A stretch of DNA of 64,000 nucleotides from an uncultured delta proteobacterium (lineage in GTDB: Bacteria > Desulfobacterota > Zymogenia > Zymogenales > Zymogenaceae), in the NCBI GenBank assembly GCA_963792965.1, contig CAWBYW010000025.1:1-64000 (forward strand). Reading direction: 5' to 3'. Position numbers and translations under genes: made by a program. Each line of letters starts with the position of its first letter. Position 1 is the stretch's first letter. The notes beneath the pieces were generated by a model. The model did not search any database. It saw nothing but the letters and a program-made list of their open reading frames with translations, and was not told the DNA's origin. Positions 22,298 to 32,537 of this stretch are shown here, in pieces.

Positions 22298-23473
22298 TTA
22301 CAGTATCCGTTTTATTCCCTTGACCGCCTGAGTGATGCGGTTGGTGTTTTCCACGAGTGCGAAGCGCACATACTCATTTCCCTCGGAGCCGAAGCCGACG
22401 CCCGGCGCGACCGCTACCTTGGCCTCCTTGAGGAGGAGCTTTGAAAACTCGAGCGACCCCATGGGCCGGTATTTATCCGGGATCTTGGCCCAGACAAACA
22501 TGGTGCCCTTCGGCTTTTCGATCTTCCATCCCGTGCGCGCCAAGGCCGTCGACCAGGGCGTCGCGCCGCTTGCCGTAGTTTGCCGCGATCTCACGGGCTC
22601 ATCGTGGTCCTCATTGAGTGCAATGATGGCCGCGATCTGGATCGGCTGGAAGATCCCGTAGTCGAAATAGCTCTTCATCCTGGCCAGTGCCGCGATAAGC
22701 TTCGGGTTGCCGGCGGCAAACCCGACCCGCCATCCCGGCATGTTGTAACTCTTGGACATCGAGGTGAACTCGATCCCTATCTCCTTGGCCCCGGGGATTT
22801 CCAGAAACGACGGAGCGACATAGCCGTCGAAGACGATGTCGGCATAGGCGAAATCGTGCACAACGATTACGTCGTTTTCCCGCGCGAACCTCACCACCTC
22901 CTCGAAAAAGGCCTTGTCGACGACCCGGCAGGTAGGGTTATGGGGAAACGAGATGATCATCATGACGGGCCGGGGCCAGATGAGCTTGAGGGCGGTCATG
23001 AGGTCGGAGAAGAAATCACGCTCGGGCGTGAGCGGGACGCTCCTGATATCGCCCCCGGCGATGATGACCGAGTAGGTGTGGATCGGATACGTCGGGTTGG
23101 GGACAATGACGGAGCTGCCCGGCTCGACGGCCGACAGCACGAAGTGCGACAGTCCCTCTTTTGCCCCGATGGTGACGATCGTCTCGCTGTCGGGGTCAAG
23201 CTCGACGCCGTATCTCCGTCGGTACCAGTCGGCCACGGCGCACCGCAGCCGATAGATCCCTTTTGACGCGCTGTAGCGGTGGTTCTTTGGGTTTGCGGCC
23301 GCCTCCACGAGCTTCTCGACGATGTGCGGCGGCGTGGCCTTGTCCGGGTTTCCCATACCGAGGTCGATGATGTCCTCACCGCGCCGCCGGGCCTCCATCT
23401 TGAGGGCGTCCACTTCCGCGAAGACGTACGGCGGCAGACGCTTAATGCGGTGAAATTCCGAAGGTATTGCCAT
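22298..23473 (-). CDS. Class I/II aminotransferase (AlaC / LL-DAP aminotransferase-like)
   Basis: [15 protein letters not shown] and [15 protein letters not shown] short compensated frameshift lies near 22545-22595. Confidence 0.9.
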   Translation of the reverse strand: MAIPSEFHRIKRLPPYVFAEVDALKMEARRRGEDIIDLGMGNPDKATPPHIVEKLVEAAANPKNHRYSASKGIYRLRCAVADWYRRRYGVELDPDSETIVTIGAKEGLSHFVLSAVEPGSSVIVPNPTYPIHTYSVIIAGGDIRSVPLTPERDFFSDLMTALKLIWPRPVMMIISFPHNPTCRVVDKAFFEEVVRFARENDVIVVHDFAYADIVFDGYVAPSFLEIPGAKEIGIEFTSMSKSYNMPGWRVGFAAGNPKLIAALARMKSYFDYGIFQPIQIAAIIALNEDHDEPVRSRQTTASGATPWSTALARTGWKIEKPKGTMFVWAKIPDKYRPMGSLEFSKLLLKEAKVAVAPGVGFGSEGNEYVRFALVENTNRITQAVKGIKRIL

Positions 23474-23838
23474 GATTCCCTGTTTAATAAAGCAAAAAAA
23501 AGCGGCACACAACCGGGCCCAAAGCGATTTTACCACATTGAAGGGCGGTGTCAAACCCTAATGTACGGAGAAGGCCACTTATCTTTTCGGGAAGGTCGAG
23601 CGGAATGCTTCCGGAACACACTATCAGGGCCGTCTCTGTTCGTGACGTGGTATCCGCAGAGCGGGAGACGACGCCCCGAGACGCCCTTCTTGGACCTTCA
23701 TCGAACGCCGCACGGCAATAACGTCCCTTCCTACATCTGCTCACTCTGCAATGAGAGGACGGTTACGCGGCCGGCTTTGCTTTGCTGAAAGGCTCTGTTT
23801 ACCAAGACGCGACTCTCGTATGAGAGAGGAGGATCGAA

Positions 23839-24195
23839 GTGTCCAACGGATTTTTCAAAAGACCTTGGGTGACCGCCCTCACGGCCCTTACCTTTGTCGC
23901 CGTGGCTGTCTCCGGCGTGTTGATGGTGTTCCACGTCGGCGTCCCCTTCATAAAGGACCTCCACGAATTAATGGGGATCGCCTTTGCCCTGGTCGGCATT
24001 ATGCATCTGATCATGAATCGGAAAAACCTCACGGCCTATTTCCGGAACCGCTCGGCCGTTATCGCCCTCCTTGCGGGAATTCTTTTCTGCGCGGCGCTCC
24101 TACTGTTTGGTAGTAAGGAGAGCGGCCCCGAGCGAGGCGGCCCGCACGGCCGGGTCATCAACGAAAGCGGAGACATATCCGAGAACGTCCGCTGA
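23839..24195 (+). CDS. DUF4405-like membrane protein
   Basis: Three TM helices with SGVLM, LHE and H motifs. Confidence 0.65.
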   Translation: MSNGFFKRPWVTALTALTFVAVAVSGVLMVFHVGVPFIKDLHELMGIAFALVGIMHLIMNRKNLTAYFRNRSAVIALLAGILFCAALLLFGSKESGPERGGPHGRVINESGDISENVR

Positions 24196-24484
24196 CCAAT
24201 TGCCTCGCATCCCAACGCACCTGAGATAATGTGAGCCGAAAGGGCTTCAACCCCTTTCGGCCCACCCGCCCCTTCTTGATCGGTCACGTCTCCCGGGTCA
24301 CGACGGCATCCGGGCGATTGGAAAGGACGTACGCCCCTCGAATAGAGGAATCGACGAGTTACTGCCCATCCCGCCCAAGATTTTCGCGCCTGATTTAAGA
24401 TCTCCGGTTATAATAGAAGAAGGGAGAGATATCCATAGATCACGAGGTAACGGATAGATACTCAGACAAGAGGAGGGTTGTGCC

Positions 24485-25204
24485 ATGAAGATCAAAGATA
24501 AGGTAGTGCTCATTACCGGGGCGTCGGCCGGTATCGGAAAGGTGACGGCGGAGCTCTTCGGCAGCAAAGGCGCCAAGGTCGCGCTTGCCGCCCGATCGGT
24601 CGAAAGGCTCAGAGAAATCTCGGCGAAAATAGCCGATTCATTTGTGGTCGGGGTGGACATGACCAGGTTTGATGAGGTGCGCCGGATGGTAAAACAGACG
24701 CACGAACACTACGGACGCCTGGATGTGCTCATCAACAACGCCGGCCGGGGGTACCAATCGCCGCTTGAGTCCATCGACACCGATGACCTGGCGGAGTTGA
24801 TGTCGCTCAACGTCTACGGGCCGCTCGTCGCTATGCAGGCCGTCATTCCGATCATGAGACAGCAGCACGGGGGAACGATCGTCAATATCAGCTCCGGGGT
24901 CACAAAGATAGTCTTCCCCAATATTTCCGGCTACGCGGCGACGAAATCGGCCCTGAACATGATCTCGCTCACCGCCCGAAAAGAGCTGGCCGCAGACGGC
25001 ATCACGGTCTGTCTGGTCTACCCCGGGTTGACCGATACGGACTTTCGTAAGAACGCGATTACAAGCAAGGTCCCGTTCACGCCGCCCGCACGCGACTTGC
25101 CCCCGGCCGACCCGCCCGAGGCCGTCGCCCAGAGTATCCTCCGGGTCGTGGAGACGGGCCAGGCCGAGGAAGTGCTGCAGTGGGTCAAAGACCGAAGCGG
25201 GTAG
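24485..25204 (+). CDS. SDR family oxidoreductase
   Basis: TGASAGIG, NNAG and YAATK. Confidence 0.95.
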   Translation: MKIKDKVVLITGASAGIGKVTAELFGSKGAKVALAARSVERLREISAKIADSFVVGVDMTRFDEVRRMVKQTHEHYGRLDVLINNAGRGYQSPLESIDTDDLAELMSLNVYGPLVAMQAVIPIMRQQHGGTIVNISSGVTKIVFPNISGYAATKSALNMISLTARKELAADGITVCLVYPGLTDTDFRKNAITSKVPFTPPARDLPPADPPEAVAQSILRVVETGQAEEVLQWVKDRSG

Positions 25205-25357
25205 TGAGGGGCGTCCCCCCGGCCCGTCACATTGCGCCGAATTGACAGACGGCCGGGAGAATCTGGATCGCGCTCCAAGGGCCGGCCAAGCGGTCCTCGT
25301 GTGGACGCGGAAAGAGGCAGAGAGAGCGCCCGTTGGAGATAATACGAGCTGAGCGCT

Positions 25358-26069
25358 TCAATCCTTTTTCATCGCCCCCGCCCTGAGTTCTTTCGGCATC
25401 AATTCGATGGCATACCTCAGCGCGGTGCGGGGCATTACCCTTCTGTTTCTTACCACGTAGTCAAACACGTCTTGTTGATGGAGCCGGCTTGCCTCCTTCA
25501 ACATCCAGCCGTACCCTTTCTGCACCATGTCGTCGCCGTCCGTAAGCAGCCGGTCGGCTATCTCGAATACTTCCACCAAGAATCTTCCCCGGCGCGCCGG
25601 AAGGATGAGCGATACCGCCGCGGCCCTCCTGAGCCACCTGTTTTCCGACCGTGCCCACACGGTGAGCTCCCGGACGGATTTAGGATATTTGTCGACAAGA
25701 CCACCGACGGCATGGTTACACAGCGCGTCGCACGTGGCCCAGTTATCGATATATGTCTTCGATCCATCTCCCCAATACCGCGAGGTCCGATCGCTCGCGT
25801 CTGTCGCCCAGCCATTGTGCCCACTGTGATGCGACAAAGGCGTCCTCGCAATAACCGGTGCGATAGAGCTCCTCACACAACCCGAATATCTCTTTCTTCT
25901 CAAGATCCTTGATGTGCTTCCAATGGGTGCGGGCGATCCTGCCGACCACCGCCGCCTTTACGCCGTAGCACCTGACCTCTTCCTTGAAGAATCGCCGGGA
26001 GCCCCTCTCGGTAGCTTCGTCGCCGCTGTCGCGCAGCTCGGTTCTGATTCGTTCAATAATTTCGTTCAT
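25358..26069 (-). CDS. DNA alkylation repair protein (AlkD-like), frameshifted near 25760
   Basis: IDNWATCD, W-RRAA, DMVQKGYGWMLKE and PRTALRYAIE motifs, split across two frames. Confidence 0.85.
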
Positions 26070-26136
26070 ATTGATTTAGTATTCGATGTAAGAGCGGTGG
26101 CCTATACGAGAATGCGAAACGTCTGTGGAGTGTCGG

Positions 26137-27561
26137 TCAGTATCCCAGTTCCTTGTAGACATCCCCGACGATTCGGGTGAAAACAGGGGGATTGGACTCC
26201 TTCCAGACGCGGACGAGCCGTCCCACGTCGATCTTCCCGGAAACTCCGGAGAGCCCCTTTACCACGGCCTCGTGGGCCATGTCGCGGAAGAGCACCGGCA
26301 CCGCGCGCGCGATGCGGTCGTGAGCGGCCTGCACCTCAGGGGTGACCCCCCGCAGCGTCAGGCCGTCCGTCCGATCCATCCGGCGGTAGAACTCCCGCCA
26401 GAGATAATTCACCCCTTCCTCGAGCCGCTCGGGGCTCATCTTCGCGGGCCGAAAGACCGCATGGGTCGTGTTATACTTGGCCCAGTCACGGCTGATGATG
26501 CGGCGCTGCGCCTCGAGCTTATCGGCGAGCGGCGTGTTCGGGTAGGGCGTCAGGATCAGAAATTCGGCCTCGACCATAGCGCTCTTCAGAAGGAACTCGA
26601 GCGTCCGCTCGAAAATCGACTCATCGTCATGGTCAAATCCGAAGACGAACGACCCCATCACCTTGATGCCCGAATCCTGCAGGGTCTTGATGTGGCCGAT
26701 GGAGCGGCTGACCTGTTCCTTGAGCGACGAGACGTCGCCCTTCAGGCCCACCGAAAGCCACGGGCCCACGTCCACGTACATCGACCAGCACCCGGAGCGA
26801 GAGAGGAGCCCCACATATTCCTTATCGGAGGCAATCGACAGCGGCGCCATCCCCGTCCATCCCTTGCCCATGCCGGCCATCCTCCTGAAGAGGCCGATAA
26901 AGCTTCGCCGCTTGATCAACAGATTGTCGTCCACGAAGTAGAGGTGCTTGCCCAGACGTTCGATTTCGGCAAGCGCCTCATCGATGGGACGTATGCGGTA
27001 TTCCCGGCCGAAGTTCTTCGGGACGGTACAGAACTCGCAGTTGAGCGGGCAGCCCCGCGTGACCTGAATCGATCGGATCGGAAGGTATTTGTCGGCGTTC
27101 AACAGGTCGTGCCGCGGAAACGGTAGCCCCGACAGGTCGGGCTTTCGCCTGCACACGTAGATCCCCTTGGAAGCGCCGGCGAGGAGATCGGCCAGGACCT
27201 CAGCCCAGATTTCCTCGGACTCCCCCACCACCACGGCGTCCGCATGTAACAGCGCCTCTTCGGGCACGAGCGACGGGTGGGCGCCGCCCAGTATTACCGG
27301 CACGTTTCGTGCCCGGAACCGGTCTGCGATCTCGTAGGCGCGCGACGCCTGGGGGGTCATAGCCGAGACGGCCACGAGGTCGACAGCGGCGTCAAACGGG
27401 ACAGGATCGGTACGCTCATCGACGAAGCGGACGGTAAACCCCGGCGGCGTCACCGCCGCCAGTGTCAACAGCCCGAGCGGCGGGATGAAGGCGCGGTAGG
27501 CCAGCGGCGTACCCTCGAACGCCGGAAAGATCATCAGGATTTGCTTATTGTCTTGATTCAT
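26137..27561 (-). CDS. B12-binding domain radical SAM protein
   Basis: PPLGLLTLAA, GGAHPS and RGCPLNCEFC. Confidence 0.9.
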   Translation of the reverse strand: MNQDNKQILMIFPAFEGTPLAYRAFIPPLGLLTLAAVTPPGFTVRFVDERTDPVPFDAAVDLVAVSAMTPQASRAYEIADRFRARNVPVILGGAHPSLVPEEALLHADAVVVGESEEIWAEVLADLLAGASKGIYVCRRKPDLSGLPFPRHDLLNADKYLPIRSIQVTRGCPLNCEFCTVPKNFGREYRIRPIDEALAEIERLGKHLYFVDDNLLIKRRSFIGLFRRMAGMGKGWTGMAPLSIASDKEYVGLLSRSGCWSMYVDVGPWLSVGLKGDVSSLKEQVSRSIGHIKTLQDSGIKVMGSFVFGFDHDDESIFERTLEFLLKSAMVEAEFLILTPYPNTPLADKLEAQRRIISRDWAKYNTTHAVFRPAKMSPERLEEGVNYLWREFYRRMDRTDGLTLRGVTPEVQAAHDRIARAVPVLFRDMAHEAVVKGLSGVSGKIDVGRLVRVWKESNPPVFTRIVGDVYKELGY

Positions 27562-27704
27562 GTCGATTCATAGCAGCGGGTCTGACGCATAGGGTATTCT
27601 TCCCGCAACGCGGCCACCGGGGCCCGTGCGTTCCGATATCCCATGCCGCCCATTATAATTATTATAATCGAAGTTTACCATAGAAATCGATTCCTCGCAA
27701 TCCT

Positions 27705-28640
27705 CTATTTCCCCTCCTCCTTCCAGAAGGGATAGAACATGTACCACTGGTCGGGGTATTTTCTGATATACTTCTCGATTACCCGGCCTACCCGGAAGGC
27801 CAGCGCTTCTATATCATGCTCACGATCGCCGGTTCGGATAATCGAGATGGGGTCTTCAACAATGGGAACGTAGCGATTGTCACTATTGAGCACCACGAAC
27901 GCCGGCAGGATCGGGGCGCCGGTGATGTAGGCAATCAGAAACGGCCCCTTGGGGAAAATCGTGTCCCTTCCGAAGAATGGTACGACGATGCCCTGGCCGT
28001 TGAGTGCACGGTCCCCCTTCATGGTCACGATCTTGTTCTGTTTGAGAAGCCGGATTACCGTCAGTGCCGTGTCAAAGGAAGTCCCCATGGGTATGCCCAC
28101 GACGTGCCTTTCCGCCCGCGTCCTCTGACGCGCCTGCTCGAAGGCGGCGAAACGGTCGGGCATGTAGACCATATGTGCGTTGCGAGTGGAGCCGGCCAGG
28201 GTTATCCCCCCGATCTCCCAGTTGCCGATATGACCGGTGAGGATGATGATTCCTTTTTCGCCCCGGAGAGCCTGGGCGATTTTCTCCTTGCCGACGGGCG
28301 GGTCCACCATCTCCGGCCACCGTTTCTCGGGGAGGGAGGCCACGAAGAACATATCGACGAAGGACTTGGTCACATTGGAAAAAACACGCCGGGTAATACC
28401 TTTTAGCTCTCGTTCGGAAACCGACCGGCCGAGGGCAACCCTCAAGTTTCCCCTGACCGCGCGCCGGTACGAGGTCCCGCCGAAATAGTAGAGGAAGGTG
28501 AAGGGGTGCCGGATGATGTGAAGTGCCCTGCGGGAAAACGTCCGCATAAACCAGGGCAGGACAAAAAGGAGGAACCGCACGATGATTGAGCGGTGATACC
28601 ACGAGAAGAAGCTCGACTGTCCCGGTTGTTTGGTATCCAT
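27705..28640 (-). CDS. Lysophospholipid acyltransferase (lipid A lauroyl/PI-mannoside acyltransferase family)
   Basis: GHIGNWE, VPFFG and IRKYPDQWYMF. Confidence 0.9.
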   Translation of the reverse strand: MDTKQPGQSSFFSWYHRSIIVRFLLFVLPWFMRTFSRRALHIIRHPFTFLYYFGGTSYRRAVRGNLRVALGRSVSERELKGITRRVFSNVTKSFVDMFFVASLPEKRWPEMVDPPVGKEKIAQALRGEKGIIILTGHIGNWEIGGITLAGSTRNAHMVYMPDRFAAFEQARQRTRAERHVVGIPMGTSFDTALTVIRLLKQNKIVTMKGDRALNGQGIVVPFFGRDTIFPKGPFLIAYITGAPILPAFVVLNSDNRYVPIVEDPISIIRTGDREHDIEALAFRVGRVIEKYIRKYPDQWYMFYPFWKEEGK

Positions 28641-28773
28641 TCTTCTATGCTACCGGCAACAGGCGATAAAATCAAGCTTTTTGCATTGTGCCTCACGAGG
28701 CTTTTTCTCTGACTCCATTTACTTTCATTATCATCTGTGATAGAGTGTTTCCGCACAACCGGGGGTCTGTCCC

Positions 28774-29523
28774 ATGAAGACAAAGATACTCATAGTCGAC
28801 GACGTGAAATTCTTCCTCGATATCCAGAGGGGGATGCTGGACCAGATGGACTGCGATATCCTCACCGCGCGCTCCGGTGTCGAAGCCTTGAAAGTCATCA
28901 AGAAGGAAAAACCCCAGCTCGTACTTCTTGACTATAACATGCCCGACCTTCCAGGGGATAAGGCCACAGAGATCATCAAGAACGATCCCCGCTACAAGGA
29001 TATCCCCATCCTCATCGTCTCCAGTGAATCGGGGCAGGACACGAGGCGGCGCTGCATCGAGGCGGGGGCTGGCTACTTCATGACCAAGCCCATCGACCGA
29101 ACCGAGTTCATCGAGGCGGTCAGCTCGCTGTTGAAGGTGAGGAGCTCTCTTTACTACCCGCGGGGGCTGATCAGGACGGAGGTCTACCTCAGGTGGCAGG
29201 GGGAGGTAAAGAGGTATGAGAGCGTGGATATCTCGGTAACGGGGATCTTCCTTGAGACGGACCAGCCGCTGCCGCCCCACGAGACCTACACGATCCACTT
29301 CACGATCCCGCTCCCCAGGCGGGATATCAGCGTCGACGCGCGGGTGACGAAGATCATCACGGCGAAAGACCGGGAGAAATACGGGCTCTTTTCCGGGATG
29401 GCCCTCGAGTTCCTGAACTTAGACCTCGAGGATCGGAAGTACGTCGAGGAGTACGTGGAAAAGGCGACGCGGCTGCGTAAGCAGTCGCTCTCGGGTGGCG
29501 GTCACAAGATATCGTTTGTGTAG
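28774..29523 (+). CDS. Response regulator with C-terminal PilZ domain
   Basis: REC domain (IVDD, LLDYNMP, KP) and PilZ DISVTGIF. Confidence 0.85.
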   Translation: MKTKILIVDDVKFFLDIQRGMLDQMDCDILTARSGVEALKVIKKEKPQLVLLDYNMPDLPGDKATEIIKNDPRYKDIPILIVSSESGQDTRRRCIEAGAGYFMTKPIDRTEFIEAVSSLLKVRSSLYYPRGLIRTEVYLRWQGEVKRYESVDISVTGIFLETDQPLPPHETYTIHFTIPLPRRDISVDARVTKIITAKDREKYGLFSGMALEFLNLDLEDRKYVEEYVEKATRLRKQSLSGGGHKISFV

Positions 29524-29558
29524 AAAATCCGAGCAAAACGCCGGACGTCTTTCCGTTT

Positions 29559-30173
29559 CTACTGCGCTTTACCTTCCTTGATCTTATCCAGGCAGAGATC
29601 CCGATAAAACCCGGCAATTGCGTTTCCCGGCTCGATCTTCAGGGCCGCGTCGTAGCACTTCAGCGCTTCCGCATAATTCTCCTCGTCCGCATAGAAAAGG
29701 GTCCCGAGATTTACCCACGGCACGGTATCGTTGGGATTCAGATTTATCGCCACGTTGTACATTTCCTTGGCCTTATCGAGATCCTTCCGGGTGGGATCGT
29801 CTTTGTAGTAGGTATACGCCAGGGCGTAGTCGTTGTATATCGGATCTAATTTCGTTTTCCTGTCCTGGTCCAGCGAATAGAGATCGAGCGCCGCCAGCTT
29901 ATCAAGATCATCCCTGAATAAATTGATGTAAATCTTCGCGTCGTCTTGATCGTTGACATCCAGCGGCTCTCCCTGCGTCGTGTAGAGATCTATAACGGAG
30001 TCGACCAGGTCAAGCGGGGGCGTCTGTTTTTCCGTCTGTGCCCACGCGGGGCTCGCCCCCAAGGAGATCGGCATCCTCTCTCCGTATCGGATGGATACCG
30101 AAAACGTGATGAGAAAAATCACCGTGCCTGCAGTGAGCAGTACCGCGTTTCGTCTGGCATTATACGTCTTCAT
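29559..30173 (-). CDS. Tetratricopeptide repeat protein, exported
   Basis: N-terminal hydrophobic segment; AINLNPND and ALKIEPGN TPR motifs. Confidence 0.8.
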   Translation of the reverse strand: MKTYNARRNAVLLTAGTVIFLITFSVSIRYGERMPISLGASPAWAQTEKQTPPLDLVDSVIDLYTTQGEPLDVNDQDDAKIYINLFRDDLDKLAALDLYSLDQDRKTKLDPIYNDYALAYTYYKDDPTRKDLDKAKEMYNVAINLNPNDTVPWVNLGTLFYADEENYAEALKCYDAALKIEPGNAIAGFYRDLCLDKIKEGKAQ

Positions 30174-30326
30174 CGGAAAACCTCCCTCACGATTCCGTGT
30201 ATACGCATAATTGAGTACTCGCCTGAGCTAAACTCTCCCGTCCACGCTCCCCTTAAGGGGACGGCCCGCCTCATCATCGTGGGTGAACGTGAGGCGCCCC
30301 TGACCCGCGCCGCCATGACGCGGCGC

Positions 30327-30767
30327 TTAGTGGAAGTTCATGTCCTGGTCTATGACGAATTCCAGCGGCGTGCGCTCGGCCAGCGTGCGGGCGTGCACCT
30401 CGAAGGTATTTTCCCCCGTTACCACCACCTCGTACTGGAACCAGGTCATGTCCGGCATCATCACGTCAAGCTCCGTCCACCCCGCGGCGTCACGACTGTC
30501 CCAGGCGACCCTTGTCGCCGGAACCTCGGCCGGGTTCGGGGCGCATGCGATGAAGGTGCCGTCGAGGGTCTTCTTGTTCTTCTCGGCCTCGATGATGGCA
30601 TACATATTCGTTTTCATCTGGGCCAGCGCGTCGACCTTATCGGACCAGATCTTGGTCGTTACGGGCGGCTGGGTTGGTGGTTTTTCCTGTTTCAGTATCA
30701 CGAAGTAGTATATCCCGAAGCCGAGCAGTGCCATCGCGATCACAAAGCGCCATGAGGCCCCCTTCAT
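30327..30767 (-). CDS. Hypothetical membrane-anchored protein (pilin-like globular part possible)
   Basis: N-terminal TM helix; ATGA overlap with the upstream gene. Confidence 0.65.
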   Translation of the reverse strand: MKGASWRFVIAMALLGFGIYYFVILKQEKPPTQPPVTTKIWSDKVDALAQMKTNMYAIIEAEKNKKTLDGTFIACAPNPAEVPATRVAWDSRDAAGWTELDVMMPDMTWFQYEVVVTGENTFEVHARTLAERTPLEFVIDQDMNFH

Positions 30768-31216
30768 CGTGTTCCCTCCGTCATTTTCCTGTGTTCCTTC
30801 ATGGCGCACCGGTCCATCACGACGGTGAGCCCCTTGGTGACCGCCAGCTCGCGGGCCGCGTTGTTGACGATCCCCTCCTGCATCCAGATGACTCTCACGC
30901 CACGGCGCCTGCCCGCCGCTTCAACGATCGGCATGACGTCCTCCGCTTTCCGGAAGATATCCACCATATCGACCGTGACGCCGGGCGGTATCTCCGACAG
31001 ATCACCGTATGCCTTCTCCCCGAGGATCACCTTCGCCATCGGCGTGACCGGGATGATCGTATATCCCTTCGACTTCAGGTACGAGGCCACGCGAAAGCTC
31101 GGGCGGTCCTCCTTGGGCGAGAGGCCCACAACGGCGATCGTCTTGACGGACCTCAACACCTGCTCGATCTCGGGGTCGGTCGGGTTTCCTGCGGGAATCT
31201 CGCATTGCTCTGCCAT
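30764..31216 (-). CDS. CoA-binding protein (YccU-like)
   Basis: IAVVGLSPKEDRPS, DMVDIFR, WMQEG and VVMDRC. Confidence 0.9.
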   Translation of the reverse strand: MAEQCEIPAGNPTDPEIEQVLRSVKTIAVVGLSPKEDRPSFRVASYLKSKGYTIIPVTPMAKVILGEKAYGDLSEIPPGVTVDMVDIFRKAEDVMPIVEAAGRRRGVRVIWMQEGIVNNAARELAVTKGLTVVMDRCAMKEHRKMTEGTR

Positions 31217-31407
31217 GGTTCTTCCCCCTGTCCGCTTAACGTACTATAATATAGCACGGCAATGATTACTTGACGACTCGAAAAGAGCTCTCGGCCCTCC
31301 GACTAAGTCACGATAATTACCCTTTAAAAAAAATAGATTAGATTCCGGTAAAAAAGATTCGTGAATATTCGGGCGCTTTCGCGGAAAAAGGAGGTTTCCC
31401 GGCGTGA

Positions 31408-32400
31408 CTACAGGTGAAGCTCGATAATGTCGCCGTCAAACAGGACATCGTCCCGGTTTACCTTCTGGCCCTCGAACTTGCTCGGGTCCTTGGACCAGAT
31501 GCGCGCGAACTTGAGCGATTTGGCAAAGTCCTTGTGGATGGAGGCGGCAAAGTCGAGCACCGTCGCCCCCTTCTTGAGCACTACCGGATCGTTGAGGTCG
31601 GGCTTTTTCCCGCGCGATTTCGTATACGCCCGGATGACATCGAGCATCTCGTAGGCCGCCAACCTGATATCCTCAAGGCCGAGCCCCTTGGAGGCCGAGA
31701 CCCCAAAGACCTGGAAATCCTTTCCGTACAGCCCCCGGACGACGTCGAAGTTCTCCTGCGCCCGGGCGCTTTCGAGCTTGTTCCCGACGAAGAAGCCCCT
31801 AAGGTGGGCCGTGCCGTCCAGGGTATACTTTTCCGCAGGGTCGACCGAGAGCTCGGCCTTGTATTTCAGGAGGATCTCCCTGACCCCTTCTATCTCCCCG
31901 GGCGGGTCTTCTCCCTCGAGGTCAAAGACAAGGATCACCCCGTCCGTGTTTCTGATCATGCCCACCATCGCGGGCTCCGTGAACTCGGCCGACACCGGGG
32001 GAAGGTCGACGAGCTGTATCTGAACGTTCTCAAACTGCATCATGCCGGGGATCGGCTTGGTGGTGGTAAAGGCGTAGTCGGCGACCGCCGTCTTGGCGTT
32101 GGTGAGCCTCGAGACGAGCGACGATTTTCCGGCGTTGGGGGCGCCGACGACGGCAAATTGCCCGATCCCTTCCCGCTCAACCTTAAAAGGGTTGTGACGC
32201 CTGAGGCCGGACTTCTTTTCGAGCGCCGACTTGGTTTGAGAGATTCGGCGCTTGATGTCCCCCTGCATCCGGTCGGTCCCCTTGTGCTTGGGGATCGTGG
32301 CCAGCATCAGCTCGAGGTAGCGAAGCTTCTCCTCGGGGTCTTTGGCTTCGCGAAACTTCCGCTCGTTTTCGCGGTATTCGGGGGTGAGATTTGCGGGCAT
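31408..32400 (-). CDS. DRG/OBG-family GTPase with TGS domain
   Basis: MPANLTPEY, PKHKGT, GAPNAGKSS, YAFTT, QLVDLP and C-terminal TGS (IHKDF...DGDIIELH). Confidence 0.9.
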   Translation of the reverse strand: MPANLTPEYRENERKFREAKDPEEKLRYLELMLATIPKHKGTDRMQGDIKRRISQTKSALEKKSGLRRHNPFKVEREGIGQFAVVGAPNAGKSSLVSRLTNAKTAVADYAFTTTKPIPGMMQFENVQIQLVDLPPVSAEFTEPAMVGMIRNTDGVILVFDLEGEDPPGEIEGVREILLKYKAELSVDPAEKYTLDGTAHLRGFFVGNKLESARAQENFDVVRGLYGKDFQVFGVSASKGLGLEDIRLAAYEMLDVIRAYTKSRGKKPDLNDPVVLKKGATVLDFAASIHKDFAKSLKFARIWSKDPSKFEGQKVNRDDVLFDGDIIELHL

Positions 32401-32537
32401 GGTTTCCTTCCGTGACTCCGTCAAGGGTCCCTTTGATAATAGGAAAAAACGACGATAAAATCAAGACCTATTTATCTTGACTTTAGACGGAGATTCCCGC
32501 TATGGTAATAGTATAGGAAGTTTATAGAGAAGAATTG

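Noticed and set aside
20862-22331. Long antisense ORFs (also 31414-32415, 41396-42808, 53011-54294, 60504-61493)
   Set aside because: These are shadow ORFs opposite well-supported genes in GC-rich DNA.
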